Virus record (IMG/VR): IMGVR_UViG_3300005253_000063
Span: 54,355-118,354 of that record
DNA from: a virus
Strand: one strand, 5' to 3'
Length of the DNA stretch: 64,000 bases
Under the pieces are notes generated by a model. The model worked only from the letters and a program-made list of their open reading frames with translations, was not told where the DNA came from and made no database searches. The position numbers and the translations under genes are program-made. Shown here in pieces: positions 48,901-58,840 of the stretch. The first letter of the stretch is position 1; each line of letters begins with the position of its first letter.

Positions 48901-49196
48901 CGGGTTCCTCGCTGGTGTGTCGGCACGGTTATGACTTGTGCGCTTCGTCTGGAATTCTCAACGGGTCGTACTCAGTCGTATGGTCTTCCGGGGACCACGT
49001 TGCTGTCGTGCCATTGGCAAAGAGAAGGCCGACTCGCTCGCGCGAACGCTTCGACTTCGACAACCGCCGCGCGGCATCGTACGCGAGTCTACAGTTGTCG
49101 CTACAGCAAAGTCCCGCTCCGGTTGCCACGACTTGCGGAGCGCGCCAGCGCAAGCCGCAGATCGGGCACGGTCGCTTCTGCCGACGACGCGTCGGC

Positions 49197-52100
49197 TTAC
49201 GCGAATGTTGGGAGCGGTTTCTCAATGTCCCACTTCTCCAAGCTGCCCCACGACCGGCCGACCTCGGTGTCGACAATGATCGGAACGCCTGGCAAGTCCC
49301 ACGATTCCATAATGCCTTTGACTTGCTTCGCGGTTTCCACGATCACGTCCTCGCGCACTTCGAGCACGAGTTGATCGTGGATGGGGATGACGACCTTCGC
49401 GGGTACGCAGTCTGCCTCGATCCAGTTGACGACTTCGATGAGCGACGCCGTGTTGAACTCGTTGGCAGTGCCCTGGACTGGAGAGTTATACGCGCCGTTC
49501 TCTGCGGTGTTGCGTTCCCTCCCATCAACGCTCGCGATCTTGTGGAGCGGTCGACGGCGCGCGCGCTCACCTTGCCACCACGTCCAACAGACGCCCGTGG
49601 TTCGCGCCTCAAGGATGCGCGCACGAATGTACGCGGACATGTCGCTGAAGTTTCCGAGGATGGCTGCGCGCACCGCACGTGCTTCATCAATCGAGATTCC
49701 CAGGTCGCGCGCGATCCGCTCGTCGCCCATCCCGTAGATGAGGGCAAAGTTGAAGCTCTGCCCGGTGATGACCGGTACCCCACCGTCACGGACCAAGACA
49801 AACGATGAAGGCACGGAGAGGCACGCGACTTCGCCCGTGTACGGCACTTCCGTGGTTTCGAGGTTGCCTCCCCGGGTCCTGTGATGGTCCTTGATCGAGA
49901 GCCGCCAGCACGGACCGTTCCTGGCACGCCTCGTCTTCCGACCAACCGTCGCCGCGATGGCCTGCAAGACGTCGACGCTTTGTACGTCGTAGCTAAAGTA
50001 CAACCTCATGCGCCAGTCCGTGCGGTCGTGCCCGTCCCAGTACGGAGCCTCATCGAGCACTGCAAGACGCAACTCCGGCACCAGCAACAACCACGACCAG
50101 GGGAAGGACTTGTCGTCAAGGAGAGCCCTGACCTTACAAGTCAGGCCCGGGAGGAGCCCGATGTCATGACGACGTCCCGCGACACGATGCGTGAACTCCC
50201 CCGGCTTCAGCATCCCGATGAGTCTGTCAACCTTGCGCTGCTTCGTGAAACCGAACCTGACGCGGTTACCGGAATAGGAACCGTCCGCTTGCACCGCGAC
50301 CGCGAGACGCAGTAGGCGCTCGTCGACTTCTTCGGTACCATCAAGGAGGCCGGCGTTCGCCCAGTAGTATGTCTTATGTAGATCGGCGGGTCGCACGACG
50401 CTGTACGCCCCTCCGCGCGACATAGTCAGCATCCGGTGGTCGGGCGTGACCCGCAGGTCGATGCCCTCGTTCCGTAGGTGCACCAAGTGATCGAACTCAT
50501 TCTTCTTCGTGAAAACCTCTAACGGCGTGACCCATGATAACCTCACCGTGCCGTCGGGATTCGGCGCGGCCTCGGCCACCTCTTCTCCCGTGACCAACTC
50601 GGGGATCCGCACCCACCCCCGCCTGGTCAGGACTTCGGTGTCGGGATGGAAGCACTTTGCGATGCGGCGTTCGCGGTCCGTGACGTCCTCGGGATCGATA
50701 TGCCAAAGCATCGGAGCGATATGGCGCGCCGTGCGCAGGTGGTAGTCATCACCCGAGCGGAAAATCTCGCGCATCTTCTCGTCGCCCGACAGGGACGCGA
50801 GTACGCGTAGTTCGATTTGTGAGAAATCGCATGAGAGTAGGAGGTGGTCCGGCGGCGCGATGAAGCAGTCGCGGATCATCTTCCCGTCGGCTTCCTTGTC
50901 TGTCGGAATGTTCTGTAGGTTCGGGTCGCTCATCGAGAGCCGCCCGGACCGCGCGCCGTCCGGCTTCACGTCGCCATGGATGCGTCCGTCTCCGCGTATC
51001 GCATCGTAGAGGCCGTCAGCGTACGTGCCCTTCAGCTTCCCGTACTTTCGCCACGCGAGGACATCGTCAACGACTGGGTGGCTACCGCGGATCGCTTCGA
51101 GCGCTTCCTTGTCGGTCGAGGCGTTGCCTGTCTTCGTTAGCTTCGAGACCGGGAGCCCGAGCTTCGTGTACAAGAACTCACCGAGCTGCTTGGGCGAGTT
51201 CGGATTGAAGTTCCCGTATGCAGCGAGACGTTGTCGGGATTCTTCAACCTTCGCGCCGAAGTGCGTCTGCACGTGACGGATCGCATCCGCGTCCATCGCG
51301 ATGCCCCAATTCTCCACGCGTTCGAGCGCAGAGATGCAGGGGCGCACGATCTTGTTCCAGATGCGCGGTAGACCCGGTTCCTCTACCGCCAGCTCCGCCT
51401 CGAATTTCTCGGAGAGGCGCGCGGTCGAAACAGCGTCGAGGGCGACGTAGCGTACCAGCGTCGCCCACGGCAGGAACGAATACTGGTAGCGCTTTGGGTC
51501 ACCCCCAAGCCTGATCGCCGCGTCGATCGCGGGGGGCATCCCATCGAGAAGCGTTGGACCTTCGTGCGCGGGACCATCCTTGAGCGCTTTGTTGACGGCG
51601 CGCATTCCCTTCGCGAGCGCCGCGGTGACCTCGTCCTTCGAGCCACCCATGCCGACCAGCTCTTGCATCACGTATAGCTTCGCGTCGGCTTCGGGGTCCA
51701 TGAGCTTTCGCCAGAGTCGCGTGTCGCCATGTATATTGTTGACGACAGTTCCGAGCGCGCACCGCGTCGACAGCATGTCGTACTTCACGTACTGCCCGAC
51801 CTTCGCAACCGTGGGATCCGCGAGCAGGCGTTGGAGCACAGCAAGCGTGGCCGGATTCTCCAAGCTCACGTGGTCCCAAACCCAGGGACGGTTCGAACCG
51901 TACGCGCACAGACCGACGACGAGCGCTGTGAACTCGCCATCGAACTGGCGGCCTGCGGTCTCGTAGTCGAACGAGATCCACTTCGCAGCGCGCAGCTCGG
52001 CATTGGCGAGCATAGCGTCCGCCTCGGTCTCCACGACGCACACCTCTTCATCCCACGGTGGCAGCGCGGGCTCGTCACAGGTCAAGGCCCATTCGAGATC

Positions 52101-52658
52101 GGCCTCGAACTCTTGACGGACGAAACGGTTGCGTAGCGCCGCCGACGGATGCGGTACGAGGAAGACGGGCACGGGTTGCGCGCCGTCGTTCCAGAGCCAC
52201 GCGTAGCCGCGGCGCACCGACATGATCTTGGTCTTGCGACCGAGCAGCGAGTGCGCGGCTTTGCCACCAAGAGCGATGACGCGCTTCGGCTGCACCTCCT
52301 CGATCGTCTGCGCGAGGTAACCCCGACACGCCTTGATGCTGGCGACCGAGGGCGGCTCACGTCCGGGGTAACAACGTACACCGTTGTCGAACGCGACCGG
52401 CCCGTCCCACGACTTCGCGACGAGGCCGCGCAAGTAGTTCCCCACCCTGCCAACGAACGGCCGCTTAGAGATGTCCTCGTTCTTCCCCGGCGCCTCACCG
52501 ATGAGCAGCGCGCCACCGGGCTCACCGTCGGCGTTGAGACAGACGTTGCGCGCGGAGTTGTACAGGTCGCATAGTTCGCAGTTCGGGTTGACGTCGAGAG
52601 GCTCCTCCCTCTCGATCGCCAACCGTCGGTCCGGGCCGTATAGAGAGACGAGCTTCAT
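49197..52658 (-). CDS. polA: family A DNA polymerase with N-terminal family-4 UDG-like domain and an intein
   Basis: C..C.L, GEAPG, PFVG, HPSA (UDG); DYET exonuclease; SGRLS..PNLQN, DFSQIELR, R..AK|intein|SFNFALIYG, NSPVQG, HDQ. Confidence 0.93.
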   Translation of the reverse strand: MKLVSLYGPDRRLAIEREEPLDVNPNCELCDLYNSARNVCLNADGEPGGALLIGEAPGKNEDISKRPFVGRVGNYLRGLVAKSWDGPVAFDNGVRCYPGREPPSVASIKACRGYLAQTIEEVQPKRVIALGGKAAHSLLGRKTKIMSVRRGYAWLWNDGAQPVPVFLVPHPSAALRNRFVRQEFEADLEWALTCDEPALPPWDEEVCVVETEADAMLANAELRAAKWISFDYETAGRQFDGEFTALVVGLCAYGSNRPWVWDHVSLENPATLAVLQRLLADPTVAKVGQYVKYDMLSTRCALGTVVNNIHGDTRLWRKLMDPEADAKLYVMQELVGMGGSKDEVTAALAKGMRAVNKALKDGPAHEGPTLLDGMPPAIDAAIRLGGDPKRYQYSFLPWATLVRYVALDAVSTARLSEKFEAELAVEEPGLPRIWNKIVRPCISALERVENWGIAMDADAIRHVQTHFGAKVEESRQRLAAYGNFNPNSPKQLGEFLYTKLGLPVSKLTKTGNASTDKEALEAIRGSHPVVDDVLAWRKYGKLKGTYADGLYDAIRGDGRIHGDVKPDGARSGRLSMSDPNLQNIPTDKEADGKMIRDCFIAPPDHLLLSCDFSQIELRVLASLSGDEKMREIFRSGDDYHLRTARHIAPMLWHIDPEDVTDRERRIAKCFHPDTEVLTRRGWVRIPELVTGEEVAEAAPNPDGTVRLSWVTPLEVFTKKNEFDHLVHLRNEGIDLRVTPDHRMLTMSRGGAYSVVRPADLHKTYYWANAGLLDGTEEVDERLLRLAVAVQADGSYSGNRVRFGFTKQRKVDRLIGMLKPGEFTHRVAGRRHDIGLLPGLTCKVRALLDDKSFPWSWLLLVPELRLAVLDEAPYWDGHDRTDWRMRLYFSYDVQSVDVLQAIAATVGRKTRRARNGPCWRLSIKDHHRTRGGNLETTEVPYTGEVACLSVPSSFVLVRDGGVPVITGQSFNFALIYGMGDERIARDLGISIDEARAVRAAILGNFSDMSAYIRARILEARTTGVCWTWWQGERARRRPLHKIASVDGRERNTAENGAYNSPVQGTANEFNTASLIEVVNWIEADCVPAKVVIPIHDQLVLEVREDVIVETAKQVKGIMESWDLPGVPIIVDTEVGRSWGSLEKWDIEKPLPTFA
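49758..50654 (-). mobile_element. intein in PolA motif B ending in Gln
   Basis: CFHPDTEVLT start, TPDHR, ends ITGQ|S. Confidence 0.88.
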
Positions 52659-53287
52659 CCGGCCGCGCCGGCATCGAGGACTTCGTAGACGCGCTTGATG
52701 CGCTCGTCGAAGTCGGACGGCGTGATCCGTTCGAGCGCAGGCACGTGCGCGCGGAACTCCTGGCACTTCGCGAGGACCTGTTCCGACGTCTTGAATCCGT
52801 TCTCGACCAGGACGTTGACGATATGGAGGATGCGCTTGTGCCCCTGCAGTTGTGCGATGAGCGCGTCCTGCTCGCTGTTGTCGCCGTTGCCCTTGCCGTT
52901 CGTCGGCGCGGGTTCCGGCTGCGCACCCGAGGGCGTGCTCTCGGATTGCACCTTGGCTTCCGGCGGAGTCGTGGGCAACGGATCGTTCTCGGTCGCGGGT
53001 TCGTCCGCAACGACCAGCTCTGGTTCGGCGGGCTCGGGCGGCGCTTCGACAACCGAGCGCGCAGACGTCGGAGCCGGCGTGGGCGCAGGCGGCGGTGCAA
53101 CGGTCGTGGACTTCGGAGCTTCGACCATGTCACCCGTCGCTGTGCGGAGAACGTCCATCGCCTCATCGATCGTGAGTCCTTTGATGATGAGGTCACCGTG
53201 TCCTCCAGCGGAGGCATACCGAATCTCCCGCGACTTCCCTCCGATAACACAGTCCGCTACTAACGCTTTCACTGTCATTCCCCTCAT
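52655..53287 (-). CDS. hypothetical protein with Pro/acidic linker
   Basis: RBS GGAAGG; coupled to polA. Confidence 0.65.
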   Translation of the reverse strand: MRGMTVKALVADCVIGGKSREIRYASAGGHGDLIIKGLTIDEAMDVLRTATGDMVEAPKSTTVAPPPAPTPAPTSARSVVEAPPEPAEPELVVADEPATENDPLPTTPPEAKVQSESTPSGAQPEPAPTNGKGNGDNSEQDALIAQLQGHKRILHIVNVLVENGFKTSEQVLAKCQEFRAHVPALERITPSDFDERIKRVYEVLDAGAAG

Positions 53288-53308
53288 GAGCCTTCCCTTC
53301 TCGTTGGT

Positions 53309-54157
53309 TTAGTTCAAGCAAGCGCGGGCTTCGCTCCGCAACCAGCTCGGATCTACATCGTTCGGGTCCAAGCATGGCGGGAGCCGTACGTTCCCTGCTC
53401 GCGTACCCGCGAATCGAAGTTGCTGTGCGAGGGCCCAGCCCTCTTCCCACGCGTCACCGTCGAGCGCCATGACGACTGGTCGACGCGCCGACGCGAGCGC
53501 GACCATTTGTAGCTGCGTAGGTTTGCCCAGACACGCAACCGCGTCCGGCCAATACGGCAGTGCATCGAAGACGCCCTCGACAACGAGGATGGGATCGTCG
53601 GACTCCTTCAGGATTGCCGCGTGGTTGAACAGAATCGTCCGCTTCATTCCTTTCGGGTACAGGTAGGGCTGCTCACACTTCACCCACGCGCGGCTGACCC
53701 AGCCAACCCACGCATCGCCGTCGACCGATGCTACGGGAACTACGATGCGGTCACTGTAGAACCCACTCGGGCAGAAGCCAATGCCGACCTCGGCGATCGT
53801 TGTCCGTGTCACGCTACGCCGCGCAAGGTACTGGTGTGCTGGCCGGGCGATGAGCGCGCTCGCGGCTGGCTCTTCCGCGAGGGGTAGGAAGCTCCCGGGC
53901 GGTTCGATGACAGCGTCCGGCTCATCGGTCTCCTTCGGCTCGCGCCAGTGCGTGTCGGGGACTTCGCGCAGCCGGCCGACGATGCCGCATCTGAAACAGT
54001 GAAAAACGCCGTTCGCGGCGCGCACGCCGAACGCTCCGTGCTTGTCGGCGGTACCGACACGGTCCTCACAGAACGGACACTCGCCCCGCCACCAGCCGGA
54101 TGTCCCGAGCCGTGCTTCGCTGAGTGCGGTCAGAACCAGTTTGTCTTCTTCGGTCAT
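53309..54157 (-). CDS. DNA primase (Zn finger + TOPRIM)
   Basis: CPFC..HCFRC, YL..R, RIVVP, VEGVFD, DGD, DPND. Confidence 0.9.
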   Translation of the reverse strand: MTEEDKLVLTALSEARLGTSGWWRGECPFCEDRVGTADKHGAFGVRAANGVFHCFRCGIVGRLREVPDTHWREPKETDEPDAVIEPPGSFLPLAEEPAASALIARPAHQYLARRSVTRTTIAEVGIGFCPSGFYSDRIVVPVASVDGDAWVGWVSRAWVKCEQPYLYPKGMKRTILFNHAAILKESDDPILVVEGVFDALPYWPDAVACLGKPTQLQMVALASARRPVVMALDGDAWEEGWALAQQLRFAGTRAGNVRLPPCLDPNDVDPSWLRSEARACLN

Positions 54158-54411
54158 TCGGCGTGTGTTGCTTCGAGTCGATGGCGCGCATCACCGGCGA
54201 GCATGTCTTCGTGCTTCAGTCTCGCGATGAACTCGCGACCGTACTTCGTGATCGGTAGAATCCAACCCGCGTCCGCGCGCTTGAGGAAACCGACGATACG
54301 CCCCTCGGCAACCCAGCGCTCGATCTCCCATGTCTCGCACTGCCACGCGACCGCAGCGTCTTCGATGCCACCCCACTTCATGTCATTGTACTTCGGAGGG
54401 ACGTACGTCAT
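54154..54411 (-). CDS. hypothetical protein, DAxxRL motif
   Basis: ends GDARHRLEATHAE. Confidence 0.55.
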   Translation of the reverse strand: MTYVPPKYNDMKWGGIEDAAVAWQCETWEIERWVAEGRIVGFLKRADAGWILPITKYGREFIARLKHEDMLAGDARHRLEATHAE

Positions 54412-54423
54412 GGGTGCTCCTGG

Positions 54424-56751
54424 TCAGTAGCCCGTCGTGCGCTGAACCGGTGAGATTCGACCGCGTTCGAACTCAGTGGGCAGCGGTCCCACGATCACAC
54501 GGGACCGCCCGGTCCTGTGCTTCGCGATGTAGTATTCGAGAAGGTCCGTGTCTTCACCCTTGACGTTCAGGGTAATGACTAGGTCGGCAATGCGGACTTT
54601 GTGCATCGAGTCGGCAACATGGTTGAGATCAGTTCGCTTCGACCCCTTCTGCTGTCGCGATGCTTGTGATGCGGTCCAGTTGAAGCAATTGCGATCGACC
54701 CCGAGCTGGCGCAGCTCCTCGTAAACAACGCGCATCGCTTGGTACTCTGACTTCTCTGTCGGTGCGCTCAGGCGGTCCGCGTAGTCGACGATGAGGACGT
54801 CGATGCCGCTACCGATTGTGTCCTCGCAACGCGTCACCCACTCACCTAGGTCGGCGACGGTCGTCGTGTGGGGGGTGAACTCCTGGACGTACCCGATGCC
54901 GAGCCGTGTCTCTAGCTCCGCGATACGCGACTTCGCTTGTTCCATCGAGCCATCGAGGATCGCGTTGATGGGTAGCCCGGTCAGGTTCGCTTTGAAACGC
55001 GCGAGCACTTCCGCCTCGGGCAGCTCTAGCGTCGCGTAGAGGACGCTCATCCCTTCAAGCAGCGCGTTGGCCGCGATATGCGAGAGCATCATCGAGTTGT
55101 GTGTAACCGTGAAGTCGTCGAGCAGGTAGCGGCTGTCTCTGTCGAGCGAGAAGCCGTAGTAGTCTCCCTCCCCCACGGGTTCGACGACGAAACCAGTCAC
55201 GTGGTGATCTTTTTTCTGTCGGCGCTCGGACGGTCGCTTGCGTTCTAACCGGAGCGGTAGCAGGTCCAAACCATCTCCCCAGATCCCCACACGGTAGTAA
55301 GTACCGACCGCGCCGGTGTTCGTACAACACTTCTCTACTTCCGCAATGGATGCCGCAAAGCCCAAACTACGAGAGACGAAGGCGACGTCACCCGCGAGCT
55401 GACGCGACTTCGAGGTGAACTCCATACCCGACTTATTGGTGTTGCCGTCTGTGTCTAACAGCCCGGCGAGCAGAGCAGCCCGTGCTGCGACGGATCCCAC
55501 CTTGTAAATCTGTGGAATGAACTTCGTACCACTCTTCGTTCCCCACAGTCCCAATCCACGAACGATCTCCCGCACAGGATTCTTCCGCCCGCGCTGGCCG
55601 ACCAGCTCGTACGAGGGTGCGCGATCGTGTTCGTAGACCTTGAGACGCAGGTCGAAACGCCGACACTCGAACTCGACCATGTCGCGAATTTCAGAATCGG
55701 CCGAGGTGATACGGAGGTCGTTCTGAAGCGAACCGTCGCCGAGAAGGACTCCGAGGAAATAGGGGTCAAGTGGTAGACGAACCCTACTCACTCCTTCGAA
55801 TTCCTCAACACCAATATGGAAGAGTTTGAAGAGGTGCTTACGTTGTCGTGACCAAGCGGACCAATTGCGCAACGATACGTCGACAACCTCACCCGCGTAC
55901 CGACCCGACCCCGTGAGGGTCAGCACGTGGTCGGCGTTGACGCGCCAGGGGGTGCCGCCACGCAGCGGGACGACGTCGAACAGTTCACCGTGGCCTCGGT
56001 TCGTTCGTAGAACGTTTCGCACCTTCCCATCGGGACCTATCAAACGGTCCCCTACGCACACGTCCTCGACCTTCCTGATCGTACCATCGGACATCAGGAT
56101 GCCCTGGCCTTTAGCGTGACATTTTCCGTCACCTGCCGCGCCGACGACGACGCCCAAAGCGGCACGCGCATGTCCACCACTCAGCATCGCGTCCAGCTCG
56201 GGTACGCCCGTCGGCAGCCGCTTGATATGCCGCAGCCGTTCGATCTCCCCGAAGGAAGCTGTACCAATGCGGATGCCCTCCGACGTGTCGACGATGCCGA
56301 CGCGCTGCGCCTTCGCGAGCGTCTCGACGACGCGGTCGAAGTCCCCGCGCTTCTGGTACTCGTTGATCGCGAGCGTTACCACGTCGGCTTGCGCGCGACG
56401 TTTGAGCAACGGGGCAACCTCATCCGCGGTCTCGTCCGTCGGTGGCAGGCCGACGTCGTCCGCGTCGTCGAGCAGACCGCCGACGGCGCGGAGCTGTTCG
56501 ATCGTGACCTTGCCCTCCTCCATCCAACGGCGGAGCCGTTGAATAACAAGCACGCTAGAGCTAGGCCCGCGCCCGAGGTCGCGTCCGATCGCCTGCGCTG
56601 CTTCGAGCGCGAGCTTCGCGATCGGGTTCATGATCATCTTCGGGTCGAGCGCGCGGCCGATGCGTCCGAAGAAACGCGGCCGGCTGCAGCTGAGCGCAAT
56701 GACTGCACGCTCGAACGCCGGGTCGAACCCGTAGGTCTCCTGACCTGCCAC
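54424..56751 (-). CDS. dnaB: DnaB-like replicative helicase containing an intein
   Basis: PTG..LD..GG, GAAGDGK|intein|S, TLE, IVDY, ASQ, ADS, KHRTG. Confidence 0.92.
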   Translation of the reverse strand: MAGQETYGFDPAFERAVIALSCSRPRFFGRIGRALDPKMIMNPIAKLALEAAQAIGRDLGRGPSSSVLVIQRLRRWMEEGKVTIEQLRAVGGLLDDADDVGLPPTDETADEVAPLLKRRAQADVVTLAINEYQKRGDFDRVVETLAKAQRVGIVDTSEGIRIGTASFGEIERLRHIKRLPTGVPELDAMLSGGHARAALGVVVGAAGDGKCHAKGQGILMSDGTIRKVEDVCVGDRLIGPDGKVRNVLRTNRGHGELFDVVPLRGGTPWRVNADHVLTLTGSGRYAGEVVDVSLRNWSAWSRQRKHLFKLFHIGVEEFEGVSRVRLPLDPYFLGVLLGDGSLQNDLRITSADSEIRDMVEFECRRFDLRLKVYEHDRAPSYELVGQRGRKNPVREIVRGLGLWGTKSGTKFIPQIYKVGSVAARAALLAGLLDTDGNTNKSGMEFTSKSRQLAGDVAFVSRSLGFAASIAEVEKCCTNTGAVGTYYRVGIWGDGLDLLPLRLERKRPSERRQKKDHHVTGFVVEPVGEGDYYGFSLDRDSRYLLDDFTVTHNSMMLSHIAANALLEGMSVLYATLELPEAEVLARFKANLTGLPINAILDGSMEQAKSRIAELETRLGIGYVQEFTPHTTTVADLGEWVTRCEDTIGSGIDVLIVDYADRLSAPTEKSEYQAMRVVYEELRQLGVDRNCFNWTASQASRQQKGSKRTDLNHVADSMHKVRIADLVITLNVKGEDTDLLEYYIAKHRTGRSRVIVGPLPTEFERGRISPVQRTTGY
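55096..56121 (-). mobile_element. intein with LAGLIDADG endonuclease in the DnaB P-loop
   Basis: CHAKG start, NADH, LGVLLGDG, LAGLLDTDG, THN|S. Confidence 0.92.
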
Positions 56752-56763
56752 GGGATCAGCGCC

Positions 56764-58188
56764 TCAGCCCCACAGGTATTGCCCCGACGTCGCCCGGTGC
56801 CGCAGCGACGTCTGTATATCTTCGGCCTCGCGCAACGAAGTTTCGACCATACGCTCATACGTGTCACCGGGGAAGAACCTCTCGACGACTCCCGACACGT
56901 CTTCGGCGGCGGTCACGCGTAGCTCCCAGCGCATCTGTGCGTACCGTATGAGTAACGCTCGATGCGTTTCACCAAGGACTGCCCGACCGCCCATACCCGA
57001 ACCCGCACCGTCACTGCGGAACCAGCCGCGGTTCTTGTGTACGCGACCTTCGGCGAAGACCCACGTCACCGGCGGGGGCTTCTTCTTGTCGCTCCTGGTG
57101 TAGTCGCACCAGACGTCGAACGAGAACGACGCCCAAGCCGCCGGAGGGATCTCGTGTTCGATGAGCGCGCGAGCCGCCGCGACCAGTCGAGCGTAGTGTT
57201 TCGACCGTGTGATGTCACCACGTGTGAATACCCAGCACCGCTTCCCCGTGAGCGCCTCGGCCGCTCCCCGGTACGCCTGCGCCAATCGATCAGCCCACTC
57301 GACCTCCATCGCATTGGGGTCGAGCTGCGGCGGACCCGGTGTCATCGCAGGCATGATCAGGTCTGAGCTGGGGTACGTCGGAACACTCCGCGACGGCGGG
57401 GACCCGCGCCCATCGGAACCGTCGCCGTTTGATGGCTCCGTCGTAGATGGTTGAGGGCCCGCAGGTCTTTCGCTTGACATCGTATCGAGAGAGGGTGTGG
57501 TTGAAAGAATTTCAGACCGCGGCGTTTCGCCGCCATTCTTTTCCGAAGGAAAAGAATTCGACCTGTGGGCCCCGATAATAGGATCTATTTTATTATCCCC
57601 CCCGTTTGAATTCGGGGTCCCTATGTCCCCCGTTTTGAATTCGGATCGGGTCCGGCAACTACGCGAAATCCTGGGTTGCTCGGGGCCCGGTTTGGTGCGC
57701 GGGCGGCCCGCCCCGGGGCGGGCCCCGCCTCGTGTTGGTAGTGACTTGATCCCACGCCAGACCTCGCCGGGAAAGGTGGGGGTCCAACCGAGCCTCCGAC
57801 CGACCGACCAGCAGCCGTGGACGACTCGTTGCATTACCGGCTTGGCGGCGGCGCATGTTTTGAACCAACGCACGTTCCTCACGACACCGGCGCGTTTGAG
57901 CCGTTGGAACGCCTTCTCGATCTGCTTCAGCGTCTGGCGCTCGAAGCCGACCCAGTTCCCCTCGCGGTTCAATACGTGGAACTCGACGAGGGTTGGGTAC
58001 GTGACGTGGGTCCAGCCCTCGCGGTCTCGGCAGTGTAGGAGCTTCAGCCACAGAAGGAACGCTCCGTGGCCGAGGAACTTCCTACACTCCTCGGTCGACA
58101 TCTTGACGGTCCCCGCGATCTCGGGTGCTATTCGCGGTGCGCGGCGTTGTCGTGGGTAACGCTTCCGTCGCTTCTGTGGGAGCGTCAT
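56764..58188 (-). CDS. putative replication initiator / DNA-binding protein
   Basis: N-terminal wHTH-like region, RGGARPGAGRP, internal AT-rich repeats; directly upstream of dnaB. Confidence 0.5.
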   Translation of the reverse strand: MTLPQKRRKRYPRQRRAPRIAPEIAGTVKMSTEECRKFLGHGAFLLWLKLLHCRDREGWTHVTYPTLVEFHVLNREGNWVGFERQTLKQIEKAFQRLKRAGVVRNVRWFKTCAAAKPVMQRVVHGCWSVGRRLGWTPTFPGEVWRGIKSLPTRGGARPGAGRPRTKPGPEQPRISRSCRTRSEFKTGDIGTPNSNGGDNKIDPIIGAHRSNSFPSEKNGGETPRSEILSTTPSLDTMSSERPAGPQPSTTEPSNGDGSDGRGSPPSRSVPTYPSSDLIMPAMTPGPPQLDPNAMEVEWADRLAQAYRGAAEALTGKRCWVFTRGDITRSKHYARLVAAARALIEHEIPPAAWASFSFDVWCDYTRSDKKKPPPVTWVFAEGRVHKNRGWFRSDGAGSGMGGRAVLGETHRALLIRYAQMRWELRVTAAEDVSGVVERFFPGDTYERMVETSLREAEDIQTSLRHRATSGQYLWG

Positions 58189-58840
58189 GACTTGTCCCCT
58201 CCCTCGTTGCGGAGCACGCATCGTATTCTCGCGCGCTCGTCGGGCGGCAAGTGTGCAATGGCTTCTTCGTCGCGGGCTTCTTCAGCCTTGACCGAGTGGT
58301 CCCACGCGCACGGCGGGCGTTCGCCCACTGTGCCGAATCGATCCGGCAGCCACTCATCGTGGTACCGCTTCAGGAGCACGATTCTGCCGTCCTCCATGAG
58401 GGCCTCGCCCTCTTCGAGGCGGATCACCTCGGCCAGCGCGTCTAGGAGGGTCCGACCTTCGAGATTGAAGCGTTCGGCTAGGAGGCGCCGGAACATGCAG
58501 GCGTCGAAGAGGTAGCGGCCAGCGGCCCACTCCTGGTGCTTGAGGTCAGCCTCTAGCTGTTCGACACGTTTGCGCAGGCGCGTGACCGCGCCCTTGCACG
58601 CTGCCAGGTTCTTGTAGTCTGGTCCGTGCTTTGTCGACAAGAATCCCTCCGTCTCTCTGGGGGTGCGTTCTGTAGGCCGTGCTCGCGATCCGACGGAAAA
58701 GAAGAGAAACCAAGACCTCGAACAACCAGCACGCACCCCCATAGAGCCGGAGGGGCTCTTCTTTGACCGTCTAACTTTGCGGGGAGGGCCTACCTCGCCG
58801 CAAGTCCTTTGCGACTGTACCTCGATCGGTACCCGTATTG

